This document shows positions 1 to 13,049 of a DNA stretch of 64,000 nucleotides, piece by piece. Below the pieces are notes generated by a model. It saw only the letters and a list, made by a program, of their open reading frames with translations. It searched no databases and was not told the DNA's origin. Position 1 is the first letter of the stretch, and each line of letters begins with the position of its first letter. The stretch is from Camelus ferus (Eukaryota). The stretch covers positions 38,256,001 to 38,320,000 of the forward strand of contig NC_045696.1 of NCBI RefSeq assembly GCF_009834535.1. The letters run 5' to 3'. Both the position numbers and the translations under genes were made by a program.

Positions 1-24
1 GGTAGAAAATGAAAAGACAGTTAA

Positions 25-190
25 AATTCATTGAGCGTTTACCATATGCTAGGCTTTGTTCAAAGCACTTTACTCACGTGAGTCCTAGAAATCAAGTATA
101 ATTTTTCCCTATTGAAAGATGTGAAAATTGAGACCTGAGTATGTTAAATAACTTCAGTATAGTCGCAGAACTAGGAAGTGATGCAACAAA
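25..190 (-). mobile_element. MIR SINE fragment
   Basis: cattgagcgtttaccatatgctaggc...gatgtgaaaattgagacctgag...gttaaataactt resembles the reverse complement of the MIR core and 3' tail. Confidence 0.7.
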
Positions 191-1460
191 ACCTCTGAGC
201 CATATATAGACTAATCTTCACAGGTAGGGGTGGTTATTTCACAGCTGTGCACTTTTTATTTCTTTTAAGATTCTGCCATGTAAAGATAAAGGGCAATGAC
301 CAATAATATAGACTACAGAGAGAAAAATAGCACATGGATTCAGAAATTAAAGAGTAAATTGAATACTCAGTTACCTTGGAATATCACTGATAGAATAGGC
401 TATATTACTTTTAGATTATTCCCCAAATAATAATGTATATATGGCACGTGTCGCCAGTAGGGATACTTGAAAATTGGAGTACATGGACATACTTTGTAAT
501 AGATATGGACTAAGCTTTATGAATTAGATAAAACAAAGGTGAATCAAGGGAAATAATAAAATGGATAGATGACATGAGTAAATTTTAAAGAAAACATACA
601 ACTTAAATTTTCTCTTTGAATGCAGAGGATAGATTACTGACAAGAATAGAGCTTTACTTAATGCTATTTATAGATAAAACAAGTAAGGAAATGGTAAGGA
701 TGAAAAGCTTTGAAAGAAATCTACTAAAAATGGCAAGACTGAAAAGCATCCAGACATCATAATTGGTTAAATAATTTGAAATCTATAGAAGCTGTAAATC
801 AGTTTATAACATTTAAACTACCATTTATGTCTGCATATTAAAATTATATCTATTTGAAATTTTCTAGCTTTTTGAGGGTCTCAGGTTTTTTGAGCCATGC
901 TAATTTGAGTTTTAACTAAAGTTGCCTTTTCTCAGAGACACTACTTCAGTTGGTTTTACAAATATGTCATGGAGAGAAAAGACAACTAGGTGATATATTT
1001 GGCAATCTTATGATTTAAAGTATATTTGATATTTCTCTGACTAAAGTAGTTTCTATGAATAACTTTAAAATTGATAAATTTTCTTTATGTAAAGAATTGA
1101 ACTAATAGATATTTTTGAATCCATCTACTATATAAAATATATGATTTAATAAATTATTTCATAGTGGGTTTATTTTTTTTTTATTTTTTTTTAAACTTAA
1201 AATACCCATTCCACCAGTAATATCACACTGATGTAGTTACAGGAGTAGGCATTCATGATGTGCCTGTAAACAAAACCATTACTGGTTATTTAAGTGTAAC
1301 ATAAGTACCTATGGTTAGCAAATATGAGTAGTTTTGAGCAAATGATGTTTTAGTTTTGTAGAAATGAAAGGAAAATATATTTATTTTCTGAAATGCTTTC
1401 TTGTTAACTCATTTTTGCCAATGCAGAAAATACACTTTGTTTTTTTTAAGTCATGTCCAG

Positions 1461-1925
1461 AATTCAATTCAGTAAACTTTAATTTTACGTTCTTTGTGCC
1501 AAGTACTCTGTGAAAGTGTTCTAAGAGTTTTTTCCTACCCACAAGGAGTCTTGCAGTTTAGAGATAATTCTACACAATCATCAGACCAAAGAGAATGTCT
1601 TCAGGAAATTTTGAGTAATGTTTTGTGAAAGAATAATAATGAGAGGGGTCAGTTCTGTTCAAGGAAAAGTGGTAGTAGGATGTGATACATCAGCTCTTTC
1701 TTGTAAACTGAAGGAATCACATATGGGCTGGAAGAGAGGATAGAAAGCACCTGTTAGGCAAAGAGAATGGCTTGAGGACAGGCACAGAATTTTTAAATGT
1801 GTGCATTAAGTTTTAGGAATGTTGAGAATCATTTGTGTGGCTAGAGTGAAGGGCGGTGGTGGGAAATAAGGCTATGACCATAGACTAAGCTGTATTGTAG
1901 AAGACTTAGAATTTCAATGTCTTAG
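1461..1925 (-). mobile_element. L2 LINE 3' fragment
   Basis: Begins aattcaattcagtaaac...tgtgccaagtactctg (reverse complement of L2 3' end); later gtgtggctagagtgaaggg, typical of L2. Confidence 0.6.
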
Positions 1926-3087
1926 TTGATTTAGATAGTGTATAGCTCAGCCCCAGTAAGTAGAAGTAAAGTTAAAAACTTTCCAGATTTACTTAAACAC
2001 ACAATAAAAAAAAATTATTGAAGATTTCTTTTATTTAAGGCAATAATATAAATCCTTGGTAATGAAAGACACCTTAGAAAATTATTAGGAAAAAAATGTT
2101 CAAAATGTAGGTGTTATTACTGGTATGTGGAAAACACAGTGAAATTGAATAACTATATGTGTATAGAAGTTGGAGCTTGGTTTTATGAAAGAATGAATAC
2201 CTCAGAGAATTTGGGAACCCATAGTTGTAATTCTTAATTCTGTGCTCTCACTGTCTAATGCCAAGAATTTTATGTCTACATAATTCAAAGCTCTTAAGAA
2301 CTTTATCCTGTGTGTGTCCCTTCCATCCTTTATCTGTCAAACATACTACACTAAAGTCATAAAATTATGATGACCTGGTAGAGTAGCTAACACAGTGCCA
2401 TGATAATCAATGAAAGAGTGCTTCATGAATAAAAACTTGTGCATAGCACTATAGAAGTTAAGTGAATACTGAAGAAGTGTTTTCAGAAACATTTAAGTAT
2501 AGGCATGTGCCCTGGATTTTCTGTTTGCTAAGTACTGAATCTTACTATGTAAACCTGAAGGACCTATTTGAGTTTTGAAAATCTCCAGGGAAGAAGGCAG
2601 CTAGTCTTTAAGAAGTCGTGCCATTGTAATGCTAATGAGAAAAACACAGAAACACAAAAGACACTGCTCATGCAATAACTTTGTACAAAAGTAGCAATTA
2701 AAAAATATATGTATATCTCCTGAGTTTGTTCTCTTAATCTGAAAATGTATGAAAGAAAAATCATATAAATTTTCTTGCCACATTAACTCTCATGTTTACT
2801 CCTTTCCTTTCATATTTTATTTACTCAGGTTGGTTTTAGCCTATTTATAACATTTTAGATGAAAGAGAATACAATAAAAGGGCCTGTAAATTAAATTTTA
2901 TATTCAAAATCCTCAATACTCATTACAGAAGGGGTCCCTCTCATTCAGTGCCAAACAGCAGTCGGGGTTTGTCATACTGGGGCATCTTGGCTCAATGTTA
3001 ACTAATAAAAAGTAACTGCTACTAAACAGAAAAATGAAAAGCTTTTTAGAATATAAAAAGTGGACTTCATGATTAAAAACTTACATT

Positions 3088-3520
3088 ATTTCAGTCACCC
3101 AAGTCCAGGAAGCACAGAGTTCCACACAGGATCAACCCAAAGAGGAACACACCAAGGCACATAGTAATGAAATTGACAAAAATTAAGGATAAGGAGAAAA
3201 TATTAAAGTTAGCAAGAGAAAAGCAACAAATAACATACGAGGGAACTCCCATAAGGTTATCAGCTGATTTTTCAGCAGAAACTCTACAGGCCAGAAGGGA
3301 GTGGCACGATATATTTAAAGTGATGAAAGGGAAAAACTTAACAACCAAGAATACTCTATCCAGCAAGGGCTCTTGTTCATATTTGATGGAGAAATCAAAA
3401 GCTTCACGGATAAACAAAAGCTGAAAGAGTTCAGCACCACCAAACCAGCTTTACAATAAATTTTAAAGGACCTTCTCTAGTCATCGAATTATAAGAAAAG
3501 AGAACAAAAAGAAGAAAGAG
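3088..3520 (+). mobile_element. L1 fragment: 3' half of ORF1 plus start of inter-ORF spacer, flanked by 13-bp TSD; frameshifted
   Basis: Translation KIKDKEKILKLAREKQQITYEGTPIRLSADFSAETLQARREWHDIFKVMKGK is L1 ORF1p; downstream FDGEIKSFTDKQKLKEFSTTKPALQ is in another frame; aaaaacttacatt at 3075-3087 and 3521-3533. Confidence 0.95.
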
Positions 3521-4894
3521 AAAAACTTACATTGTTTTACTTTGAGATTTAGTACTTATACTACTTCTTAAAATGTAACTACTTAAAATACTTATACTTA
3601 AAATGTATACTACTATACTTCTTAAAATGTAATAATCACATTTTTTTTAAGATTTTGGTACTATAATTGAAAAAGTAAGTGACTTATTTGAGTGGCCACA
3701 AAACCTGATAGTTAAAACATAGCTTTTCATAATAATAGTAATTCCATATTATTTAATATATACCTAAAATTGTACATAATTAATATTGATGGAAATAACT
3801 TGATTTTTAAGTACTCCATCAACTCACCTGAAATAGTTTCACCATTTATTTTTATTCACAGTAGTATGTTTAACAAGAAAATGAAAGATTTGCTTGTTCT
3901 GGATATTTTTCCCCCACGCTTCTCTTTTGGCTGCTACTGTATACATAGTAGATCAGTCTATGTTACAAAGTTGTAGTGGACTCAGATATAAGCACTCCAG
4001 TATTCAAAATCAAACTTTCAACAGTGAAGTATGCTTTAACAAAAAAAATTAAGAGAAAACTGAATGTTAGTGGGAAAAGAAGTGCTATTGTATAATGAGT
4101 TACATCTTACTAGAGATTGGAAAACTTTGTGTTTCTTAGATGCCAAATATTGGTTTCAAATATATATTATATGTATTTTGCAAATGTTGTAACTTAGTGA
4201 TCATTAGAGTTTGAACAACATAAGATAAGATATGTAATCTTATCTGGTTTTCAATAATGCAGGATAATTTAAGATATGTGATCTTATCTCTTAAGCATAG
4301 TGAATTGGTATTAGGACGTTTACCCTGAGATAGTTAGGAAAATAGAGATTCAAGTCATTCATGCCTAAATAAAAGCTATGAGTGAACCTAGCAGTTCAGT
4401 TACTAATTATTCTTACAATGAAAAAAAATGATTTTTATAATAAAACAGGGTTGTATTACAATTCAACTGTGTAGAAAGTTACCTTTATTCCATTAGCAAG
4501 AGTTCATCAGTTCCTAATATTGTTCCAAAGTTGAAAAATCAAAGATAGAGTGTGTTTATGATAGAGAATGGAATACCTACAAATAGTTAATATCTGTATT
4601 TTACGGTAAGAACCAATTTATCATTGTAGCAGATTCTAGTACCACATTTTTGTTCATTTTATAGTACATTGAAATTATCCAAAACTATAGATATCTATTT
4701 GAATTCTGAAAATATAAATTTTTAAGACAGTTTCAGTTTGAAATGAATGTGTCAGTTATTCTTTCCAAAACTGATACCTACACAGTTTTTTTTCTGAGAA
4801 ACTTCACAACATATGTAGTAGTTTTCTAAATATCCATCATATTAGTTTCAGTCATATTATTTCACATTTAAAAGAAATTTCTTTCAGTCATATC

Positions 4895-5610
4895 CCTCAA
4901 CTCAGAGATTCTTTCCTCAGAAGGAGCCCATCAAAGCCACTCTTCATTTCCCTCACACCGTTTTGATCTCTAGCATTTCTTCTTGATCCATTCTTAGAAT
5001 TTCCATCTCTCTGCTTACGTTATCCATCTATTCTTACATGTTGTGTACATTATCCATTAAAGCCCCTAGCATATTATCCATGGTTTTAAAAAATTCCTGC
5101 TCTGGTAATCCCAACATTCCTGCCATATTGGACTCTGGTTCTGATGCTCTTCAGCCTCTTCAAACAGTGTTTTTTTTTTGCCTTTTAGTACATCTTGTAA
5201 TTTTTTTTTATTGAAAAGTAGATGTAATGTATGGGTAATAAGAACTGAGGTATATAGGCCTGTAGTAATGTGGTAAGATATTGGGGGCAGGGAAAGTAGT
5301 CTATAGGCTCATAATTAAGCCTCAGTCTTTTAGTGGGTCTGTGCTCCTGGACTGTCAGCTTCACCCAGACTTCTCAGTTTTCTTTTCCCCTGTTAGATGG
5401 GACAGGATGGCTAGGGGGAGTTGAAGTAGGTTGTCCCCCTACATGGAAGACTAGAGCTGGCTGGAGCTGGGAATTTTCCTTCCCTCAAGTAGGTTAGGCT
5501 CTGGTAAAACCCCCAGAAGGTGAGGTTCTGCTAAAATACTTTTCCCTGAAGGCAGGCCTTGTTAAGAAGAATCAGATGCTCTGGCACATTTCACAGTAGT
5601 TCCTTTCATT
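4895..5610 (-). mobile_element. Old L1 (L1M/L1MC-like) 5'UTR-ORF1 fragment
   Basis: tcagagattctttcctc...atttccatctctctgctt...aaattcctgctctggtaatcccaacattcctgccatatt...tctggttctgatgct, typical of antisense old L1 5' regions. Confidence 0.7.
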
Positions 5611-6029
5611 TTCACATGTCATCAACATTATATAATTGGTTGAAACATTTGCTTAAAGAGTTTCACAAATTATGATTTTCCCTTAATTTTCTCTGCCTTC
5701 TGTTTTTAATGCATGAGCTGTCCGAATTTTTCAGTTTCTCTTCACTTCAATCACTGTTGGTAGCAGTTGGCTTTATTTTCAAATCCATTTAATCTAAAAA
5801 ATAAATCAAGCTTTTATGCCTTTGATTATATGACATTACTGCTGTTATTCTTTATGAATCAATAAGGGGAGACTTCAGAGTTTCCCTTGGTGTGCAGGCT
5901 CAGTGGTAGGCCATGACACTCCCAGGAGCTTGTAGAAATTGGGTTCCACATACCTTGGCTTCATAGGAAACCTAATGTAAATTTCTGCCCCCAAATATTC
6001 AAATTATTAATGTGATGGGTCTGCAGTAA

Positions 6030-6236
6030 GAACTGTGCTTAAGCATTTAATATATTTTTTCATTGAACCCTAATAATATCGATGTGAAATAAATATTATT
6101 AGCACCATTTTATAGATGAAAAAGCTGAACCTGAGAAAAATTACATCACCTGCCCAAGTCTGTGGTGACATTTATCTGGTACTAAAACCAAGGTCATCTC
6201 ATTCCCAAAGCCAGGATAGTTAACCACTCAATGTAC
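6030..6236 (-). mobile_element. MIR SINE
   Basis: ccattttatagatgaaaaagctgaacctgagaaaaattacatcacctgcccaag...ccaaagccagga matches reversed MIR core. Confidence 0.8.
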
Positions 6237-6889
6237 CATGAATTGATTTTCAACACTGTGACTGATGTTGTGGAGAGTATAGAATAATCTATAAGGTTGC
6301 TCAAGTGCAGTCTTAATCTAGTTACAATGTTGTTACAATGAACAGATTTTGTGTCAAAAGGTATGAGGTTATTGAAAAGTGCTAAAAAAAAAGATTAATG
6401 TGTCTTTGATGACGAAAGGCTATCCCAAAGCTAAGGACGGTTAATAATTATTAAGTACAGTTGTTTAGTTAGTGGCATAAAAGTATTTGATGCACGTTTA
6501 GATTGTTTCGATTTTTTTTCTACTTAGGAAAGAACTAATGAAATATTCTTTGGTGTTTTTCTTCTGAGTTTATTCTTTTGTGTCTCATTTTAAATAACTA
6601 GGTCCTTATGCACGTCTGTTATTCACTGTCAGCTAAATAAGGGTAAAACATGAAATAGTTCAATCCAAAACTGAAAAAAAAAACCCTTTAGAAATGAGTA
6701 TATTAGAAATGTTAGAAAAATTAGAGAACAAAATTAAGAGTAATGTTAGAGCTTGTCATTTCCACACAATCTTCTAAGCAGATTGACCAAGAGGCTTATT
6801 GAGGGATTTCTAATATGGTTAGTGCTAGGATGCCGTACTTCCTCAACCATAGTTTATTGAGACAAAAGTGGGCATTTGAAATATATCCA

Positions 6890-7330
6890 ATTAATTGGCT
6901 AGTCAGCTACCTGGCACCTGTCACGTGTGATTTCCATAAATGGCCAAATCAGTCAGATTCCTTTTTAGGGCTTTAGGATTTCTAAGTTCAGAGACAAAAG
7001 GAAACAGCTGTCAGAAACTTCTGCCATAAAGACAGACTAAAGGATACATGGAAAAGGAGAGCAGAGGGACCGTGATTAAAAAAAAAAAATCATGTGCAAG
7101 TAAAAGTTTTAAGAGAACAGGAAAACAAACAACAAACAGCAGGTGAAGGACAACCAGCCAGTAAGTAGAGGAGAATGGAGAATAGCACATGCAGAGAAAA
7201 GGCCATGAGAAAATAAAGAGCAGGGTATTGGGCACTTCTGAAGTTGACCAGGTTGCTGTTAAATCTCAAGCTCCAGCTCTTTAATATTCCTAAAATGAAT
7301 TCCCTTTGTGTAAACTACCAAACTGTAAAA
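6890..7330. mobile_element. Possible ancient ERVL/MaLR-type LTR remnant
   Basis: ggccaaatcagtcagattcct...ggattt and terminal aattccctttgtgtaaacta resemble old LTR motifs; heavily diverged. Confidence 0.35.
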
Positions 7331-7344
7331 GCAGATTGTAAACC

Positions 7345-7371
7345 TGATGATGATGATGATGATGATGATGA
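7345..7371. repeat. (TGA)9 microsatellite
   Basis: Nine perfect tga units read directly. Confidence 0.97.
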
Positions 7372-8389
7372 AGACTACAATGGTGATGGCAGAAAAAAGA
7401 GACGGCACTATATTGAGTTCGACCAGGAAATGTGAAAAGCTGTGGAAAGTAGAATTCCTTGAGAAGGAGAATGCAGGAACATGAATCACCCAGAGCTGTA
7501 GGCCTTCTTTTCTCATCTCTTGCATGGGTAAATGACCTCCCCTGCATGCAGGCAGTCGGGGAAACGGGAAACAGGTGAATGAATATGCATAGTTTAGTAG
7601 AGTCCATAAATGTTTAAATATTAATACCTGAACAGCTATGATATGTGGCACGTCTCTCTACACTGTCTCAAAATATTCCTTCCTGTATAGCAACCTGTGC
7701 AAATAAGTAAGTAAATGGGTTTCTGCCTTATTTTTCACCGGTTGAAAGAACATGTTTTGGATATTGATGAAATTATTTCTGACATAAGGAAGAGGAGTAA
7801 GAAGAAAGCAGGTAACTATGATTTAGGAAATCAGATGTGAAGTATTTACTGACATCGGTGAGTATGTAATTAACTTCATATTCTGTGGACAACTGAAAAA
7901 TAAGTATGTTTGCAAATCATTTTTCATTGTCTGCTGTTCTTTAATGTTAATCTTGATGGTGTCTTCTCTAAGATCTATTTTTAAAGATATAGATCACTTT
8001 AAGCCAATTACCCTTGATACACATGATATAGTCTTTTCTTTATTCTCTCTCTCTCTTTTTTTACATTGTTATTTATAAAATGTTAACTTTTGGTCTCCTT
8101 CTTCCAAGAGAAGTTTCCAGTTGTCCTTTTAAAATGAACTCCCATACTGTATAATCTAAGCTAAAATTTGGTTTTATCAGAAAATTCTTATTGTAACCAG
8201 AGTCATTCAAAATATGTATAAGCCATTTCATTTATAAATGAGAAAGTCTGTATCTAAATCCAGAGCAGACACATACAAATGTTATATTCTCTCATGACAC
8301 CATAAAAGATTATTTGTGAAATAATTAACAACTAGATGAACTATATAGTAGGCCAAATACTTTTATAAATTTTTTTGTATTTTAAGGGA

Positions 8390-9100
8390 TTGACTCACTC
8401 TTATCCCCACAACCAGTCAGCAAGTCCTGTTGACTCTATCACTTAAAGCTCTTTAAAATCGGTCTTTATCATCATGACATCAATTTGGCTCCTCATCATT
8501 CTTCTCCAAATTACCATGGTTATGTTTTAAATTATCCACTTCCTTTGGGTCCTTCTCTGGCCCCTTCCACCAAACTTTCTAATCCATCCTTCATCTAGTT
8601 GCCAGAACTTAACTTCCATACTGAAGACCTAATCATGTCCCTACTCTGCTTGACCCCTGCTTCCCTTACCTACCGTTTAACCTGTGGCCCAGAGCTGCCT
8701 CTTCATTTTTATCTTCAGCCAGTCTATCTTCCAGCTTTTTCTGAAGAGACTTGTAGTTTCTTCCCTGTAATTTGCTTTCTCTTGTCTCTGCTGTTGAGTT
8801 TATCTGGAAGGTTCTCTTTCCAACCCCTACCTTCTCTGGCTTTCTCCTATCTTTTTTTTTTTTAAGGCCAACATTTTCCATCTTTTCTGAGAAGACATAC
8901 TGTCAAAGGTTGAATTAGGAAACTCTTTGGGAACACCAGGAACCTCAGTGTATATCACAGTGTTTAAATGTCTCACAATATTTACAATGTCTGTCTCTTA
9001 CAAGATTATAAACTGTTGGAGGTATGGATTGGGTGTGTCACTATATCCGAGTTAGTGACTGTCATATGACAGATGTGCAGTAATAGTTGGTTGAATAGCT
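8390..9100 (+). mobile_element. L2 LINE 3' region, decayed
   Basis: ccagtcagcaagtcctgttgactctatc...catgtccctactctgctt...; ends taatagttggttgaata like the L2 3' terminus. Confidence 0.6.
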
Positions 9101-10229
9101 AAGTATATGTACAAGTTAAAAATTATTTTACATACATATTGGTTAAAGACTATATTTTGCAACTCTCATTGGAGCTGAGAAAGTTACTACCTTTGAGCCG
9201 AATCAGCTGTGACAAAAAGACTTAACAGTTGTGAAAACTGAACCCTGTTCTTACTCAGCATTGGTTCTGAGAACAGGTAGAAAAGTTTATATATTTACTC
9301 TCAATTTTGTATTTTAGACAGAGCATTCATTTTCTTCTTACCAGTTTTCTCATTCAATTTGAAGTTGAAAGGTGGGTGGGAAAGATACTTACCTAAGAAA
9401 TAAAAAGACTATAAAAGAGCTTATAAGCTATCTAAGCAACACCAATCAAGACATAATATACTTTAAAAGAATTAATGACCAGTTTAGAGCAGTTGATGAT
9501 CTGAATCACATCTGGGAAATATTAACTGCAGATGGTTATTAGTACTGCACCTTATTATTAGGATGAAAATGAAAAATAGAGCATATGGATTTTTAATGGT
9601 TGATAGATGGACTGCAAATTTTAGAGAATTTATACTAACCAGTCAAGCTTTCAAAAAGCATAGGTCAGCATTAAATGTTAAATAGGTTTTGTACTCTGTA
9701 TTCCATGCAATTAGTATTTTGAACTAATGTACCATAGTAAGCAAAATAGTTTCTTAAAATGGCTTGACTTTGTTTTATTTTAGCAAAAAAAAACCCTGTT
9801 GTGCTCATAAATGTAATGCCTAACTTAGTCTTTATCTCTCCCATAATTAGGTAGGTAGTAGTGTATACCAAAATACTTCAGTGAAATTTTAAAAGTTTTT
9901 CAAATAATTATGTATATCGATGATTTAAAATACATTATATAGACACACACAAACACATATATGCATTCTGGAGACCACATTTGAAGAGGTAAAATTAGAT
10001 CTGTAATGTTGATTTAGATAGCTCAATTTAACAATGATATTCATTTAATCAAATTATCTGCTTACCTTAAATGTAGTGTTTTCTGATGCACACTAGAAGT
10101 ATTTTTTCATGGTTCCTGTTAAAAATTGCTCTAAGAAATACCCACATTATAAATCTTAAAATAAAGAAGTAGATACAGCTAACATATTATGTTTTTTATT
10201 CTTTCTATTTTAAATACTATGTTAATTAT

Positions 10230-10359
10230 CTGGATGACCATAAGTCCTGGTTTGCCTGGAATAGTCCTCGTTTATTTTTGTTGTCCTAGAATAATTATTA
10301 ATTGTATCCCATTTATTTTTAAGTGTCCTTGTTTGGGTGAGAAATTGTATAGTCACTAT
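10230..10359. mobile_element. MER94-like hAT-Blackjack MITE
   Basis: gatgaccataagtcctggtttgcctggaatagtcc...ataattattaat...aagtgtccttgtttgg...aaattgtatagtcacta, with degenerate terminal inverted repeats. Confidence 0.75.
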
Positions 10360-10389
10360 GATGTCAGTTCAGGTAATGTTAACTGGATT

Positions 10390-10645
10390 ACCAGTAAACC
10401 CCAAATATGTGATAATTCAAACAGAAGAGAATATTATTCTCACTTTTGTAATAGTTTAAAGTGAGTTTTCCCAGTTGTCAGAAATTCCTCCTCTTCCTTC
10501 CATGGAAAGGATAATCCTCCTTCTTAAAAATGTGTAAGTGGTACACAGTACTTATATTTTAATGGCTACAACCCATTCACATTACTGCACCTAATTACAA
10601 GGGAGGCAGAAAATTTAAGTTATCCTGGGGAAGAAGAAGAAATGA
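10390..10645 (-). mobile_element. Ancient MaLR/ERVL LTR fragment
   Basis: ctgcacctaattacaagggaggcagaaaat motif typical of old MLT1/LTR33-like LTRs. Confidence 0.45.
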
Positions 10646-10664
10646 TTTTAGCTGAATGGGCTAA

Positions 10665-11010
10665 ATTACTAGTTGTCATCCAATATCCATTCTCTTTTTT
10701 TGTTCTCATTAATAGAACTTTGATTTTGAGGAAGTGATATGTCAAACTAAAAACTCCTATAGTTTCTCATGCATTTTGGAGCTAGTTGTGACCAAAACAC
10801 TATTCTAGCCAGTGATATATAAGTGGAGGTGTTTTGTGGAATTTCCAGGAAAGCTACTTAAAATGAGCTCTTTCAACTAGAGGTCAACCTTTTTGACTAA
10901 TACATTCCCCTTTTGTTGTCTAGAATGCAGATGTGATGTCTAGAGCTTCAGCAGACATCTTGGATCCAAACTAAATTTGAGGATGAGATCACATGCTAGG
11001 ATGGTAGAGT
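10665..11010 (+). mobile_element. MLT1-type (MaLR) LTR fragment
   Basis: ttctagccagtgatatataagtggaggtg...tagaatgcagatgtgatgtctagagcttcagcagacatcttgga...catgctaggatggtagag. Confidence 0.75.
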
Positions 11011-11014
11011 GCAT

Positions 11015-11285
11015 ATTATACAACCATTAAAATTATATGTGTGCTATAGACTTAAATTACATTAGAACATTGCCCTGTATAATATTAAGTGAAAAAAAGA
11101 GCAAAACATGTCTAATCTTTATTTTTTTAATGTGTATGCTAGAACAACATGAAAGGAAATAAAACCACTTATTAAGAAGTTTTCCTGTAGGTCATGAGAG
11201 TATATGGTGATTTGGTTTTTTGTTCATATTTTCTATTTTTAAAAAGTCTCTACAATAGGAATATATTTATCTTAATATTAAAATT
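11015..11285 (+). mobile_element. Old L1 (L1ME-like) 3'UTR fragment
   Basis: tacaaccattaaaa...atattaagtgaaaaaaagagcaaaac...ttttctatttt...tctacaatagga. Confidence 0.5.
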
Positions 11286-11689
11286 AAACATTTACTAAAT
11301 GTGTATTTTATTTATTTATGTTCTAATATAGATTTTCTTAATTTATAAATACTGTGTCATTTTGAAAGGATTTAGTGTGATTTAGTGTTGTTATTTCCCA
11401 ACAATCAAATGTCAATAGAAAATGACTTCAAGATGCCTCTGGAATCCAGAGTTTTATATATAAAATTAATATAGATTAGATATATGTAAGAAAAATACCT
11501 CAAAAGCCTATTACATGCTTCCTGAAATTAGAAAGAAGAATAAGCTGAATTTGGTTTTATTAGATACTGAGATGTCACCTAAAATTGATATAAAAATTAA
11601 GAAAGACTGTCTTAATTCAAATGGTAGAAATTGTGATTCAGAGAGAAAAAATTTGTCAGTATTTATTCAATAGAGTCATTAATTTGTCT

Positions 11690-12320
11690 TTTCATCTATT
11701 TATCCATCCATCCAGCAACTATTCATTAAAAGCCTATGTTCTTGGCTGTTAAGACTGAAATAATTGGCAAAGATGTGGTCCTTGTCCTTAAAACCAGTGG
11801 TGGCAGATAGACAACAATTAAATAATCTTATAATACAGTAAATGTAAAATTGCAAATGTGGTAAGCATAAGTTTTATGAAGGAGAGATGCTACTGGAGTT
11901 TAAAGGGATTTAATCTGGTCAGGAAAATTTTAAAAAAGGAATTCTCTAAGTCAGTATACAGGGGAGATAATAAGTATGTGCTTGGAGCAGCAAAGAAGGA
12001 AAGAAATCACTTCTTAGGAAGTGGGAACAGAATTTGCAAGATGCATGAGATGAAATGAATGGAGGGCCCTATGATTGGAGATCAGAGAGAGAGAGAGAAA
12101 GAGAGGGAGACTGAGGGAGATAGAAAGAGGTGTCAAACAAAAAGATAAGGACAAGAGGTAGGTCAAGCAAGAAGAGACAGAAAGTGAAAGGAAGTCAGCA
12201 CATTAACAAGCAAAGCCTTGCAGACCATGGTAACGTATGTTATTATCCCAATCTCAGTCTAAATTTATTAGAGGGTAGTATGCAGACTTGCATTTTGAGA
12301 TTATCCTTGTTGAATATAGG
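11690..12320 (-). mobile_element. L2 LINE 3' region
   Basis: Starts ttcatctatttatccatccatccagcaactattcatt...gatgtggtccttgtcctt; later ggaagtgggaacagaatttgcaaga and gccttgcagaccatggtaa. Confidence 0.7.
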
Positions 12321-13049
12321 CAGAATAGTTAGAAAGCCTCAACACAGGGACAGAGTCTTGACGGGCTAGTTTCAGAGCAGTTATGTGTCAGCAGAAGCTG
12401 ACATCAGCTAATGCCATTAAATGTTATCACGTATGTCCTGGTTTTAATTTGTCTCTCTAGACGTATAAAAGTGTGTATCATTCCAGCGTGGTTTCCCCTC
12501 TCCAAAACAGTTTTATATGATGGTTTCCAGTAGCTTTTTAAGGTTTAAAATCTCTAAGCACCGAGTTACAATTTTTTACCAGAGTAGGAGTAAAATTTGA
12601 ATGGTGAAAAACATATGACGAAAACATTCACAGATGTTGTCTACCTTATTACTAGTTTATTCTCAGTATCTAACATTAATTCTACCACAGATTACAGTCA
12701 ATAAATATTAGTTTATTAAGTGAAAAACTGAATAAACTGATTCATTATTTTTGAGTAAGTGCTAGTATCTTTGTAGAAAAACATACTTCATAAATTTTCA
12801 CTCACAGCGCACCTAATGTGTTATTAGTATTGTCCTTAATTTAATTCTTATATATTTTCTATTCTCGGTTTTAAGGTCTTGTAGGACTATGTTTTTACCA
12901 TTTAACTGATATTCAGAAAAGCAGATAATACTTTTCTCAGATGAAAACTATGAATATTGCACTTGAAGTATACTGTTTACATTTCAGTTTTAATCAATTA
13001 CTTGATTAAAGATCCATTTACAGCATTTTGCCTTTGTAGAAGAAATGAG

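Noticed and set aside
3167..3424. 85-aa ORF as a functional gene
   Set aside because: It is a truncated, frameshifted L1 ORF1 fragment; its C-terminal part is out of frame.
3552..3633. Repeated tacttcttaaaatgta-like units as a possible array or CRISPR
   Set aside because: Short, irregular AT-rich slippage duplications without unique spacers, in mammalian DNA with no cas genes.
7244..7651. ORFs with poly-Asp, poly-Ile or poly-His runs
   Set aside because: All arise from the (TGA)9 microsatellite read in different frames.
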